DNA of 64,000 nt from Trebonia sp. (GCA_035294225.1 DATGLH010000165.1:2831-66830); one strand, 5' to 3'; counted from the stretch's first letter, positions 1 to 10,141 are shown. The notes: generated by a model from the sequence alone, not told the origin. Numbers and translations are program-made.

Positions 1-301
1 CGCCCGCGAAGGCGTCCTGCCGTCCGGCTCGGTGCGGGTCCTCGCGCAGACCCCGCTGTACGATCACTGCACGATGACCGCGGGGCCATCCGCTGACAAG
101 GCCGCCGTCGGCCGGTTCGGCGCCCTGCTGCTCGGGATGAATTACGGCGACGCGGAGCTGCGCCCGCTGCTCGACCTAGAGGGCCTCAAGGAGTGGCGCC
201 CGCCCCGCCTCGGAGGCTACGCACAGCTCGAGCGCGCGGTCGACGAAGCCCGCTTCTACAGCGCCGAAGGCGAGATCATTGCGGCAGACTATCGACCTTG
301 A
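1..301 (+). CDS. C-terminal part of a PhnD/SsuA-like substrate-binding-fold protein (5' truncated by the window edge)
   Basis: Open frame from the window edge, YDHC...PLLDLEGLKEW...GYAQL segment typical of this family; overlaps the start of the next gene. Confidence 0.55.
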   Translation, partial: AREGVLPSGSVRVLAQTPLYDHCTMTAGPSADKAAVGRFGALLLGMNYGDAELRPLLDLEGLKEWRPPRLGGYAQLERAVDEARFYSAEGEIIAADYRP

Positions 302-1454
302 GGACCTCGGCCTCGACCAGGGCGGTCACCTGCTCATCGCCCGCGCGCTCGCCGCGCTGAACCCGGGTGACGAGCTGGCGGTCACCGGGCGCCATCCCGC
401 GCTCGGCGTCCATCTCGCGGCCTGGTGCCGTGAGCACGGCCACCGCGCCGGCGGCGCGGACGGCTGCGTGGTCATCAAGGGCCCGGCGGCCGGACAGCGC
501 TGGCAGGGAGCGGTCCGGGCAGGCGATCCGTTCGGGCCGCCGGACCAGCGCGCCGATCCGAGATGGGGTCTGGCCGCCCGCGGCGCCCTTGTCGAGTCGG
601 GCGGCCCCCCGATCGACGCGGTGTGGACGCAGCGCGAGCACGTCTGGGCCGACATCGCCCCGAAGCTGTACGCCGCCGCCGCGGCCAGCCAGTGGGACCC
701 GGCGACCGCCGTCGACTGGTCGGCGGCGGTCGCCGTCCCGCCCGAGGTAGAGCGCGCCGTGGTGCAGATCATGACGTACCTCGTCGAGAACGAGCAGGCG
801 GCGCTCATCATCCCGGCGCGGCTGCTCGGCCGGCTTCACCCGCACTATCGCGAGGTCATGCAGCTGCTCGCCACCCAGGCCGCCGACGAGGCGCGGCACG
901 TCGAGGTGTTCACCCGCCGCGGCCTGCTGACCGGCGGCCAGCTCGGCACCTCGAGCGCGGGCGGCCGCGCCTCGCTGCAGACGCTGCTCGACGAGCCGGA
1001 CTTCACCACGGCCTCCTTCCTGCTCTCCGTGCTCGGCGAGGGAACGTTCCTCGACCTGCTCCGGTTCCTGAACCGGCACGCCCCGGATCCGGTCACCGCG
1101 GACGTGACCCGGCTCGCGCTGCGCGACGAGGCGCGGCACGTGGCGTTCGGCGTGTCGCACACCGCGCACCTGGCCCGCGCCGATCCGGCGTACCTGCGGA
1201 CACTCCGGCAGTCGGTGGAGCGGCGGCACGCCGCCCTGCTCGACACCGCCGGCCTGAACAGCGAGGTCTTCGACGCGCTGGTGCTGCTCGCGGCCGGCTC
1301 GTGGGAGCCCGCGGCGATCGGCCGCGGCTGGCAGGCGGTGCGCCGGCTCCAGGAGCAGATGGACGAGGGGCGCCGGCGCCGGCTGGCCTACATCGGCTTC
1401 CCCGACGGCGAGGCGGCCGAGCTTTCCGCCCTGCACACGCGTAACTTCATGTAG
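279..1454 (+). CDS. TusA/SirA-like N-terminal domain fused to a ferritin-like diiron domain
   Basis: N-terminus has LNPGDEL...AWCREHGH; two DEARH (ExxH) motifs plus ENE and GEG carboxylate positions. Confidence 0.75.
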   Translation: MRQTIDLEDLGLDQGGHLLIARALAALNPGDELAVTGRHPALGVHLAAWCREHGHRAGGADGCVVIKGPAAGQRWQGAVRAGDPFGPPDQRADPRWGLAARGALVESGGPPIDAVWTQREHVWADIAPKLYAAAAASQWDPATAVDWSAAVAVPPEVERAVVQIMTYLVENEQAALIIPARLLGRLHPHYREVMQLLATQAADEARHVEVFTRRGLLTGGQLGTSSAGGRASLQTLLDEPDFTTASFLLSVLGEGTFLDLLRFLNRHAPDPVTADVTRLALRDEARHVAFGVSHTAHLARADPAYLRTLRQSVERRHAALLDTAGLNSEVFDALVLLAAGSWEPAAIGRGWQAVRRLQEQMDEGRRRRLAYIGFPDGEAAELSALHTRNFM

Positions 1455-1988
1455 ATGCTGCTGACTTACGGGCACGGGACAGAGTCCTCCGAACGTACCG
1501 TCGCGACTCTGGCGGGCGCCGCCGTCTCCTCGCTCGTGGATATCCGCACCGCGCCGGGCAGCCGGCGCAATCCCCAGTTCGCCCGCGCCGCCATGGAACG
1601 CTGGCTCCCCGAGGCGGGGATCTCCTACCGGTGGGAGAAGCGCCTCGGCGGCTTCCGCAAGCCGGGCGCGGACAACCCGGACGTGGCGTGGCGCGAGGAT
1701 GCGTTCCGCGGCTACGCCGAGCACATGCGCTCGCCTGAGTTCCTGGCCGCCATCGACGCCGTTCTGGCCGAGGCGGCGTCCCGGCGGGTGGCCGTCATGT
1801 GCTCGGAGAGCCTGTGGTGGCGCTGCCACCGCAGGCTGGTCGCGGACTTCGTCTCGGTCGCCCGCGGCACCGAGGTCAGGCACCTCATGCACGACGGCCG
1901 CTTGGACGAGCACCGTCCCTCCCCCGGCCTGCGGCGGCGCGCCGACGGCCTGCTCGTCTACGACGCCGGCCAGCCCTCGCTGCTGTAA
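1455..1988 (+). CDS. DUF488 family protein
   Basis: TYGHG, LVDIRTAPGSRRNPQF, LGG, MCSESLWWRCHR motifs. Confidence 0.85.
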   Translation: MLLTYGHGTESSERTVATLAGAAVSSLVDIRTAPGSRRNPQFARAAMERWLPEAGISYRWEKRLGGFRKPGADNPDVAWREDAFRGYAEHMRSPEFLAAIDAVLAEAASRRVAVMCSESLWWRCHRRLVADFVSVARGTEVRHLMHDGRLDEHRPSPGLRRRADGLLVYDAGQPSLL

Positions 1989-2083
1989 GCGGAAGCGGAG
2001 AACGGGCCGGGCGGAGAGCCAGCCCCTTCCGTTCGGGATAATTCCGGCCGTTTTCACCGGCAGGCTCGCAGCGCGGGAGCATC

Positions 2084-2630
2084 TCATTCCGAGACCCCCT
2101 GGGTGGTCACTAGCCTTGTCCACGGGCCGGGCGGGACGGCGGTCGCGTCCACGAACTGCCAGGCAACCCGGTCGTCGTCGCCGTTGAGCTCGCTGAATCC
2201 CAGGCAGCCGGTCAGCGCCGGGGGGACGTCCAGGCCCGCGCCGTTGTACAGCCTGCTGGCGGGACGGCGGTTGTCCGTGCCGAAGACGTAGGGGTAGTCG
2301 TCATAGAGTCCCGGGCCGGCGTCCTCGATCTGGCCATAGCAGGTCTTCCCGTCCCGCATCAGCTTCACCCAGCGGTTCTTCATGTAGCTAAACGCCGGGT
2401 CGCGAGCGTGCCCGGCGTAGCCGGGGTCGTTCGCCCACGGTATGACCTGGGCACGCTGGGCGAAGGCAGCCGCGTTGTTGACGTCATCGAAAGGGAGGTC
2501 CAGGTAGAAGGGGTTCTGCCGCGGGATCATCCGGGTGGGGAAAAAGCCGTTCGCCGCGACCCGCCGCTCGGTCTCGCATCTGCCGGCTGTGACGATCCCG
2601 TCGCAGCCGCCATAGTGCTGTTCCCAGTGA
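2084..2630 (-). pseudogene. C-terminal fragment of a conserved actinobacterial hypothetical, probably secreted protein
   Basis: Protein-like QNPFYLDLPFDD, SYMKNRWV, CYGQIEDAGP segment; upstream sequence is non-coding-like and abuts another fragment. Confidence 0.45.
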
Positions 2631-2722
2631 GCGTCAGCGGAACAGCCGGCCCGGAAAAGCGCCGACGCGGCGAGCAGGCAAACCGTCACCGCCTGCCATC
2701 CGGGCATTCTGGCTCCTGCACC

Positions 2723-3215
2723 TTAGACGGCATGACGGGCCTTCCGCGTGAGCCGCCACTCGCGCACGTAGGGATCGTGATACGTCACGATGGCGCCGCG
2801 GGAGCGGAGCCTGCGGCCGGCCATCCGCACCGGGGACTCGCGCTGATCGGCCACGTCCGCCTTGTAGGTGACCCCGAACAGCAGCACGCGCGCGCCCTTC
2901 AGCGGCTTCCCGTGGCTGTTGAGCACCTCGGCCGCCCGGTCGGCGGTGTACACCGGCATCCGGCTGTTGATCTCCTGGGCCAGCTCGACGAACCGGAACG
3001 GGCAGCCGAGTGCGCGGACCCTGCAGGACAGGCAGACCGGGTCGATCGGGATGCAGCGGCCGCCGGCCCCGGGTCCCGGGTGGAAGGCCTGGAAGCCGAA
3101 CGGCTTGGTGGCCGCACACCGGATGGCGTCCCGCAAGTCCACGCCGAGTTCGCGGCAGAAGATCGCCATCTCGTTGACCAAGGCGATGTTGACGTGCCGG
3201 CAGGTGTTCTCCAGG
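2723..3215 (-). pseudogene. Internal/C-terminal fragment of a nucleotide-sugar dehydrogenase (WecC/WbpA type)
   Basis: LENTCRHVNIALVNE, ATKPFGF, PGPGAGGRCIPIDP (canonical GGHC), GVTYKADVADQRESP; no N-terminal NAD-binding domain and an early stop. Confidence 0.8.
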
Positions 3216-3254
3216 CGTCTTCAGCCCTCTGGCAGGGCTTCGGCAGAGATTTCT

Positions 3255-4160
3255 CTATCCGGAAGAAAAATCTCCTGCCATTATCGGTGCGGTGCCGCGC
3301 CGTGCCGGCGAGATCCTTAAGCCGCCATCTGAACGGCCTGAATTCAAGGCGCGGAGCACCGCGAGCAGCCCGGGGTGACCCGCGAGGGACCAGCCGGCGT
3401 AATGCCACGCGAATACCTGCTCACCCTGCCATCTGGACTGCTGCCACTGCCGGATCATCGAGGCGAGCTCGCCGGGTGTCGGGGAGCGCCATCGCTCGTA
3501 GCTGAACGCCTGCAAGACCCCCCAGTACCTGGCCACGTGAGCGGCGTCGAGGGCGGCGATGTACCTCGGGATCAGCGACCAGTCGCACTGGCGGCCCACA
3601 AGGCACGGGTACGGATCCGTGCCCAGCACGTCGGTCGCCCGGGCGAAGGCGGCGAAGTTGCCGGGCTCGGTGACCACCTCATAGGTGAACGTGCCCGGCG
3701 CCAGCCGGTGCACCAGCCGGGTGCGCGCCGTGACCTGCGCCGCGACGTGCGGGCAGTGCCCCCCGTACGCGGGCAGCGCGTCGTCGGCCTCGTCGGCGAG
3801 ATAGTAGCCGGCCACCTTGGGGTCCCCGGCGAGCGGCGCCAGTTCCCGGCGCACCTGCTCATCCGTGGCGGCGAACGCGCAGTCCGCCGGAGAGTAGCCG
3901 CCGAGCCATACCAGCGCCCGCTCCCCGGCGGGCAGCGCGTCGATGAGTGAGCGGTACGGCCCGAGGTCGACCAGGTTGAAGCCGTAACGCCGGGCCTGTG
4001 CCTCGCTGGAGGCATCCGTAAGGTAACGGTAGCGCAGCGGCGCCGGGGCGGCCGGCGAGGCCGCCGGCGTCCCGGCCGGCGGCGGCGAAGGGGCCGGGGC
4101 GGAGCACGCCGTGACGAGCGCCGCGGCGGCGAGCGCCGCCGCCCCCGGCGCCGTTCTCAC
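3255..4160 (-). CDS. Putative lipoprotein, glycoside-hydrolase-like (TIM-barrel) hypothetical protein
   Basis: Lipobox LVTAC, Pro-rich linker, GYYLADE and TDPYP motifs; last gene of the leftward glycan operon. Confidence 0.5.
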   Translation of the reverse strand: MRTAPGAAALAAAALVTACSAPAPSPPPAGTPAASPAAPAPLRYRYLTDASSEAQARRYGFNLVDLGPYRSLIDALPAGERALVWLGGYSPADCAFAATDEQVRRELAPLAGDPKVAGYYLADEADDALPAYGGHCPHVAAQVTARTRLVHRLAPGTFTYEVVTEPGNFAAFARATDVLGTDPYPCLVGRQCDWSLIPRYIAALDAAHVARYWGVLQAFSYERWRSPTPGELASMIRQWQQSRWQGEQVFAWHYAGWSLAGHPGLLAVLRALNSGRSDGGLRISPARRGTAPIMAGDFSSG

Positions 4161-4200
4161 CCGGACCGCGCCAGCCGCGGTGCGCGCGCCGGCTGATCGC

Positions 4201-4872
4201 TCATATCACCTCCCTGAGCACCCGGAATGGCTCGGCCGCGCGGCGTCCGATGTGGCTTCCCCAGTGCGCGGCGCGCTCCCTGAGCGCCCGGGGGGACCTC
4301 GGATGCGGATAGTCCCGCAGCTCGGTCTCGTAGCACTCCATGGCCGCGATCTTGACGTCGATCGTGTCGGTGATGTCGACGAACAGGTTGGGCTGGAGCG
4401 ATGTCCCCGGCAGCGGCCACGCCCACTCCGTCGACGACGGCGTCTCGAACACCGCGAACTTGACCAGCCGCTGCCTGCGGTAAGGGCGGCAGGCGACCCA
4501 GGCGCACCTGGCGACGATGCGGTGATCATCGTTGACGTCCTCGGGAAAGTGCGTATAGACGGTCCTGGGACCGATGTCGTCGAGCACGGCCTCAAGCCGC
4601 TGGGTCAGCTCGATGAGGGGAATGGTGTCCAGCCGCTGATCCGGCAGTGCCAGGAACCGGAGCGACGCGAGACCGATGATCTCGGCGGCCCGCCGCGCCT
4701 GTTTCTCCAGCGTGTCCGCCAGGTGGGCGGGGTACCTGCTCCCGGCGCCGTCGGCGACGACGATGGCATGCACGTCGTCGCCGGCCCGCGCGTGCCGTGC
4801 GATGGTCCCCCCGGCTCCGAGCAACTCGTCGTCGGGATGCGCCCCGATGACGACAACCTGGTTGCCCGCCAT
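4201..4872 (-). CDS. PIG-L/LmbE family de-N-acylase
   Basis: AHPDDE, THFPEDVNDDH, ELRDYPHPRS, AEPF motifs. Confidence 0.9.
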   Translation of the reverse strand: MAGNQVVVIGAHPDDELLGAGGTIARHARAGDDVHAIVVADGAGSRYPAHLADTLEKQARRAAEIIGLASLRFLALPDQRLDTIPLIELTQRLEAVLDDIGPRTVYTHFPEDVNDDHRIVARCAWVACRPYRRQRLVKFAVFETPSSTEWAWPLPGTSLQPNLFVDITDTIDVKIAAMECYETELRDYPHPRSPRALRERAAHWGSHIGRRAAEPFRVLREVI

Positions 4873-4878
4873 GCCGGC

Positions 4879-5910
4879 CTACCTCCCGCCAGCGGGGTCG
4901 GGGCCGAGCCCGAGCGCCCACCGGGCGGTGGCGGGGGGAACCGGGCGGAACTTATCGCCGGCCCGCACGCCGGCGCGGCGGGCCCAGTCCGCCGCGGGCT
5001 CAGGCTGCTCGCCCGTGTCCGACATGGCCGTGACGAGAAGGCTGCCGTCCGCGGTTCCCACCCGGACTCCTTCCGCCTCGTAGCCGAGGACCTGCCCTGG
5101 TCCAGCCGAGGGCCTGCCCGGGCGCCGCGGCGGGACGGCTGATGCCCACAGCATGACCTTCCGGTCGCCGAGGAAGGTGAAGGCACCGGGATACGGCTGG
5201 GTGAGGGCCCGGATCCAGTCGTGGACGGCGCGCGCCGGCCGGTTCCAGTCGGTGATCCCCATCGCCGGCGTGCGCTTGGGAAGCATGGCCTGCCCGGGAG
5301 GGCCGTTATCCTGCGGCCGCCGCGGCGCGGTACCGCGAAGCAGGGCGGGCAGGTGCTGCCGCAGCATGGCAGCGCCCGCCGCGCCGACCTTCGCGTAGAC
5401 GGTCGCGCACGTATCGCCGGGCCCGATCCGCACCGGACGCTGGTCGATGATGTCGCCGGCGTCGGCGTCGGCGCTGAGGTACATCAGCGTGTTGCCGGTC
5501 GTCGTCTCGCCGCGCAGGATGGCCCAGTTCACCGGTGCGCGGCCGCGGTTGCGCGGCAGCATCGAGGCGTGGAAGCCGACGCAGCCACGCCGCGGCACCG
5601 CGAGCAGTTCCGGTGACAGCAGCCGGGTCCACCCGGCTGCTACGACCAAGTCCGGCCGCAGCGCCCGGATGCGGCCGACCGAGCCAGCGGAGTTGACGTC
5701 GGCGCACCGGCGCACGGGAACACCGAAGCGGGCGGCGAGCGGCTCCAGATCGATGAAGCCGGCCGTGGTTGCCGCCCGCTCGGGCGGCAACGTGATCACC
5801 TCGACGACTTCGGCGGTGCTGTCAAGCAGGACGCCGAGCGCCGGCACGGCCTCGTGCACGGCGCCGATGAAGATGACGCGGCCACCGCCGCCGCGGGGCA
5901 TGGCGGTCAT
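4879..5910 (-). CDS. N10-formyl-THF-dependent formyltransferase (Fmt/ArnA-N type, probably a sugar N-formyltransferase)
   Basis: GFHASMLPRNRGRAPVNWAI, DADAGDI, IRALTQPYPGAF; lies in the glycan island. Confidence 0.85.
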   Translation of the reverse strand: MTAMPRGGGGRVIFIGAVHEAVPALGVLLDSTAEVVEVITLPPERAATTAGFIDLEPLAARFGVPVRRCADVNSAGSVGRIRALRPDLVVAAGWTRLLSPELLAVPRRGCVGFHASMLPRNRGRAPVNWAILRGETTTGNTLMYLSADADAGDIIDQRPVRIGPGDTCATVYAKVGAAGAAMLRQHLPALLRGTAPRRPQDNGPPGQAMLPKRTPAMGITDWNRPARAVHDWIRALTQPYPGAFTFLGDRKVMLWASAVPPRRPGRPSAGPGQVLGYEAEGVRVGTADGSLLVTAMSDTGEQPEPAADWARRAGVRAGDKFRPVPPATARWALGLGPDPAGGR

Positions 5911-6962
5911 CGGCTGAGCCCGAACTGCGCTGCCACGTTGACCGCGCTGCCCGCCTGGCGCAGCGGACCGGCGCCGATAACCTGATCGATGAGCCGGGTG
6001 AGCGCGTACTGGCTGGCCGGGCGCGTCATGGTTTTCCCGGACAGCCCGGGGGCCATGAGCACGAACGGCACCTGCTCGGTCGTCTCGCCCTCGTCGAACA
6101 CGACCACGATCGCCAGCCTGCCGTCCCGCCAGTCAGGCCCCGACATCAGGACGGGGATCCAGCCCCTCAGCCATGCGTCGGCCTGAGCAAGGGTCCCGTC
6201 ATGACCGTCGTGCAGGAGGTTCGGGGTAGCCAGGCCGACCGTGGGGAGGTTCCCCGCGCGCACGTCCGAGACCAGCGCGCCGGCGGCAGGCGTGCCGGCT
6301 GGCACGTCATCCGACCGGCAGCTGGCGGCCTCGCCCGGGAAGTAGGCCCACGGATTGTGGTTGACGTCGTATTCCCCGCTGCTGCCGGGATCGCAGGCCC
6401 GCGGCATTGACTCCTCGTAGGCCTTGGCGGTCTCGCCGAGGGCCAGAGCCTGCCCGAACACGGTGGGTCCCGGGTAGGTGCAGCCCGGCCCGGGGACGCA
6501 GTCGTCTGGTTCGCCGAACGCCGACCCGCCGAAGATGGCCAGGTAGTTCGGCAGGCTCGGATGGCCCACGTCGCTCCAGTCGCTGGCGTACCCGTACCGG
6601 CGGGCGAGGCTCCACAGGTAGGGCATTCCCGTGGGGAAGACCTGCTGGTCGCTGTGGTTCTCCTCCATGATCACGAGGATCTTGCGCAGGCCGCCCGGTC
6701 CCCTGGCCGCGTGAACGGGGGCCGCGCCGCCGGCGGGGGGCGCGCTTGAGGCACCCGTCCCGGAGGCAGCGGAACTGGCGGCGCCGGAGGCGGGCGCGCG
6801 GGCGGCGGATCCCGGGGCGGCCGCGGTGGCGGAACCGCACCCCGCCGCGAGCAGGCAGCCGGCCAGCACAGCGCATCCCCGGACAACGGCGCCCGGGCCG
6901 GTCCCGGCGCCAGCCGCCCCCGCCGGCCGCGGGCGCGCGGCGCGCATTCGAATCTGTCGCAC
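5907..6962 (-). CDS. Phosphoesterase (acid phosphatase/PLC, alkaline phosphatase superfamily) lipoprotein
   Basis: IMEENHS, HPSLPNYLA, HNPW, DGHDG, FDE motifs; lipobox LAAGC. Confidence 0.8.
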   Translation of the reverse strand: MRQIRMRAARPRPAGAAGAGTGPGAVVRGCAVLAGCLLAAGCGSATAAAPGSAARAPASGAASSAASGTGASSAPPAGGAAPVHAARGPGGLRKILVIMEENHSDQQVFPTGMPYLWSLARRYGYASDWSDVGHPSLPNYLAIFGGSAFGEPDDCVPGPGCTYPGPTVFGQALALGETAKAYEESMPRACDPGSSGEYDVNHNPWAYFPGEAASCRSDDVPAGTPAAGALVSDVRAGNLPTVGLATPNLLHDGHDGTLAQADAWLRGWIPVLMSGPDWRDGRLAIVVVFDEGETTEQVPFVLMAPGLSGKTMTRPASQYALTRLIDQVIGAGPLRQAGSAVNVAAQFGLSR

Positions 6963-6964
6963 CC

Positions 6965-7128
6965 GGCGAGTCTAGGACGGGCACCGCGTTTTGCGGGTCC
7001 GGCAAACGACGTAGAAAAAGGCTCCCAAGTAGCTGCGTTTAGCTGAGGCAGCGGGCGGCCGGCGCACCGTACGGTGATGCCTTACCGCACGACTTCAAGG
7101 TGAATTTGAGGGGAACTAAAGGGAAACC
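6965..7128. promoter_or_regulatory. Divergent promoter region of the glycan island
   Basis: AT-richer intergenic gap between oppositely oriented operons; purine-rich RBS-like tract before GTG 7129. Confidence 0.4.
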
Positions 7129-8610
7129 GTGGAAGCTAGCGAAGCGATCAGGCGCATCTTCTGGCGCCACCGGTGGCTGCTGCTCATCCTGGTGATCGTG
7201 CCCGGGGCAGCCGTGGTGGCGATGCAAGAGCACCAGCCGGTGACGTACACGGCAACGGCCAACGTCCAGGGCCAAGGGATCACGCCTGACACGAGCACGC
7301 AGGTGTCGGCCATTCAGAGCCGGGTGACCGCGGTAGCGACCGATCCTGCCGTCGTGCGGCAGGCGATAACCGCGGCCGGCGTGGAAAGGGATGCCACCCA
7401 GGTGGCGCGGCATGAGATCTCGGTGACGCCGCTCGGCACCTCGGCCGTGATGGCACTGACGATCACCGATCGCAGTCAGCCGGTCGTCCTCCGGCTTGCC
7501 ACAGCGCTCGCCGATGTGGTCGTCAACCAACTCAACCAGCTCGGAATCAAGGACAACCCGGAGCTTTCGGCGCTGAACAAGTCGATCGTCCAGCTCACCG
7601 CCAAGCGCAACATGCTGGTAGCCCAGCTTGACTCCGCGACTGCCGCTGGCGTGTCCTCGACCAGCGTGCAGGCGCAGTCCCTGCTGGCGCGGCTCAGCGC
7701 GACCGAACAGGAGCTGGCCACGAACGAGGCCACCAGCCAGCAGATACTCACCACCCTCTCAGCCAACACGGGGGCGTCGGTCGTCAGCACCCCGTCGACT
7801 GCGAGCGAGGCGTCTCGGCACGCGGCGGCCTACGGAGCGCTCGCCGCGGTGCTCGGCCTGGTCGCCGGCCTGCTCTTCGGCGCGCTGGTGGAGATCGTCC
7901 GGCCCACTGTCGCGCAGCCGGCCGCGGGCGCGAGGGAACTCGGCGCGATCCCGCTCGGAGACGCCGAGCTGACCGGCGACCGGGTGACCGGAATCGACGA
8001 CGACCTCACCGGCCGCCTCAGCCTGGCCGCGCACCGGGCCGGCGCCTACACCGTCGTCCTGACCGGCCCCGTCTCCCGTGAGCGCCTGGCCGCGCTGGCT
8101 GGACGGCTGAACACCGAGCTGGCCGCCACCCAGCCAGGCAGGCTCGGCGATCCGGACGGGCCGCTGCGCACGCCAGTGCCCGCGCGAGCATCGGGACCGC
8201 CGCGGTCTTCCGGTGACGCGGTGAGCCAGAGCGCCCCGGCCTGGCGCAGCGCAGGACCGGTATCCCGGGACGGCGCCGCGGACGACGGCGGCGTGGATGT
8301 CCGCGCCGGCCATCCGGCACGGATGCAAGACGGCCGGCCGAGGCTGGCCGTGGTCGCCCTGCCGGATATCAGGCTCGGCGACCGGCCTCTGGACGCGGCG
8401 CTGGTCGTCGCGCTGCCCAAATTCGCCCCGCATAGCTCGCTGGACCAGGCCGCAGACCTCTGCGCCGCCACCGACTGGCCCATTCTCGGCGTCATCGGCC
8501 TGCGGCACCGTGGCTGGCACGGCAGGCCGGCGGCTTCGCCGAATGCGCGGAACGCGAAGTCCGGCACGGACGGGGCGTCCGGCGGCACCGTGGAGATGGG
8601 GCAGCCATGA
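7129..8610 (+). CDS. Wzz/Wzc-like polysaccharide chain-length determinant
   Basis: N-terminal TM after RRIFWRHRWLL, YTATA motif, coiled coil, second TM; C-terminal region lacks an intact Walker A. Confidence 0.7.
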   Translation: MEASEAIRRIFWRHRWLLLILVIVPGAAVVAMQEHQPVTYTATANVQGQGITPDTSTQVSAIQSRVTAVATDPAVVRQAITAAGVERDATQVARHEISVTPLGTSAVMALTITDRSQPVVLRLATALADVVVNQLNQLGIKDNPELSALNKSIVQLTAKRNMLVAQLDSATAAGVSSTSVQAQSLLARLSATEQELATNEATSQQILTTLSANTGASVVSTPSTASEASRHAAAYGALAAVLGLVAGLLFGALVEIVRPTVAQPAAGARELGAIPLGDAELTGDRVTGIDDDLTGRLSLAAHRAGAYTVVLTGPVSRERLAALAGRLNTELAATQPGRLGDPDGPLRTPVPARASGPPRSSGDAVSQSAPAWRSAGPVSRDGAADDGGVDVRAGHPARMQDGRPRLAVVALPDIRLGDRPLDAALVVALPKFAPHSSLDQAADLCAATDWPILGVIGLRHRGWHGRPAASPNARNAKSGTDGASGGTVEMGQP

Positions 8611-10130
8611 CCGAACTCAAGAGCGCTGGCCGGGGCTGGCGCCACGGCCTGCGCGCCGCGGCGCCATGGGGGCGCGGCCGCCGCGGCGGCAGCGGCCTGG
8701 CCACGTTGATCGTGGGGGCCGGGTCCGCCGCCCGGACGCTGCTGCGGGACCTGCGGGACTGCCCGGACTACGGACTGTGGCCCGTCGGCCTCCTCGACGA
8801 TGACCCGAGAATCCGGTGGGTATCCGGGATCCCGGTTCTCGGCACGCTAGCGGACATGAGGCGGGTCGTCCGCGAGTGGCGGATAGCGGCGGTCGTGATC
8901 GCCATCCCGTCGCTGCCGCCGGCGACCCTGAGCCGGCTCATCCGCGCTGCCGCCGACACCGGCGCCTACGTGCGGTACCTTCCGTCCTTCCTGTCCGCCA
9001 TGGAACGGGCGGCCAGAGCCGCCGATATGCGCAGGGTGAGCTACCGGGAACTCCTCGGCAGAACCGAGCGCCGGGTACTGGAGCCATCCGTCCACGCCAC
9101 CCTGTCCGGCGCGCGCGTCCTTGTCACCGGGGCCGGCGGCTCGATCGGCCAGGAACTGTGCAGGCAGATCAGGAGCCACGACCCCGCGTCCCTGCACATG
9201 CTCGACCATGACGAGTCGAACATGCATACCCTGCAACTCGCGCTCTACGGCAAGGCACTGCTCGACAGCTCCGAGATCATCATCGCGGACATCAGGGACG
9301 AGATGCGGATCCAGCAGGTGTTCCGCGCGGTCAGGCCCGATATCGTCTTCCACGCCGCGGCGCACAAGCACCTGCCGCTGCTTGAGCGCCACCCATGCGA
9401 AGGCGTGAAGTCCAACGTCACCGGCACGCGCAACGTAGTGCGGGCGGCGCTGGCGTCGGGGGCGGCACGGCTGGTGCTGATCTCCACCGACAAGGCCGCC
9501 GAGCCACGCTCGATCCTCGGCGCGACCAAACGGGTGGCCGAGATGATCGTCCAGGCGAACGCCGGCGGCCGCACGCGCGTCTGCTCGGTTCGCTTCGGCA
9601 ATGTCCTCGGCAGCCGGGGCTCGCTGCTCGCCGTGGTGGCCGAGCAGGTGGAGCGCGGTGAGCCGGTGACGGTAACCGATCCTGATGTCACGCGCTTTTT
9701 CATGACGGTCGAGGAGGCGGTCGGGCTGGTGCTGTCCGCCGCGCCGATGGCGGAGTACGGAGAGACCTTTGTCCTCGACATGGGAGAGCCGGTGCGGATC
9801 GTGGACCTGGTGCGCCGGTACGCCGAGCACCTGCAGGTCCCTGACGTCCAGATTCACTTCACAGGGCTTCGTCCCGGGGAAAAACTGCACGAACAGCTGT
9901 TCAGCGAGGATGAGGAACGCCTGCCCACCGCTAGCCCCGCTATCTGGGCCACTCGACCGCACCGGCTCCCCGGCGATTTCGCCGCCAGCCTTGACAAACT
10001 GCACGCGGCCGCGGCTGACGGCAATGACCATCTGGTGCGGAGCCTGCTCGCCAGCATGGTGCCGGGCTACCATCCCGCCGACCGCGACATCGGCCTGGTA
10101 GCCGCCTGCCCCTACCCGGACGAGTTCTGA
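8607..10130 (+). CDS. NDP-sugar 4,6-dehydratase (CapD/PglF/WbpM family)
   Basis: VTGAGGSIG, FHAAAHKHLP, ISTDKA, RFGNVLGSRGS, RFFMT, GLRPGEKLHE. Confidence 0.92.
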   Translation: MTELKSAGRGWRHGLRAAAPWGRGRRGGSGLATLIVGAGSAARTLLRDLRDCPDYGLWPVGLLDDDPRIRWVSGIPVLGTLADMRRVVREWRIAAVVIAIPSLPPATLSRLIRAAADTGAYVRYLPSFLSAMERAARAADMRRVSYRELLGRTERRVLEPSVHATLSGARVLVTGAGGSIGQELCRQIRSHDPASLHMLDHDESNMHTLQLALYGKALLDSSEIIIADIRDEMRIQQVFRAVRPDIVFHAAAHKHLPLLERHPCEGVKSNVTGTRNVVRAALASGAARLVLISTDKAAEPRSILGATKRVAEMIVQANAGGRTRVCSVRFGNVLGSRGSLLAVVAEQVERGEPVTVTDPDVTRFFMTVEEAVGLVLSAAPMAEYGETFVLDMGEPVRIVDLVRRYAEHLQVPDVQIHFTGLRPGEKLHEQLFSEDEERLPTASPAIWATRPHRLPGDFAASLDKLHAAAADGNDHLVRSLLASMVPGYHPADRDIGLVAACPYPDEF

Positions 10131-10141
10131 CGGGCGGCGGC

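Noticed and set aside
276-2123. Long opposite-strand and alternate-frame ORFs (e.g. 276-2123, 27012-29084, 32987-35020, 48094-49809, 50422-52485)
   Set aside because: Arg/Gly/Pro-rich shadows of real genes, expected in very GC-rich DNA; no motifs
4879-5910. Housekeeping fmt (Met-tRNA formyltransferase)
   Set aside because: Context is sugar modification rather than def/priA/rsmB, and the N-terminal FxGTP motif is absent
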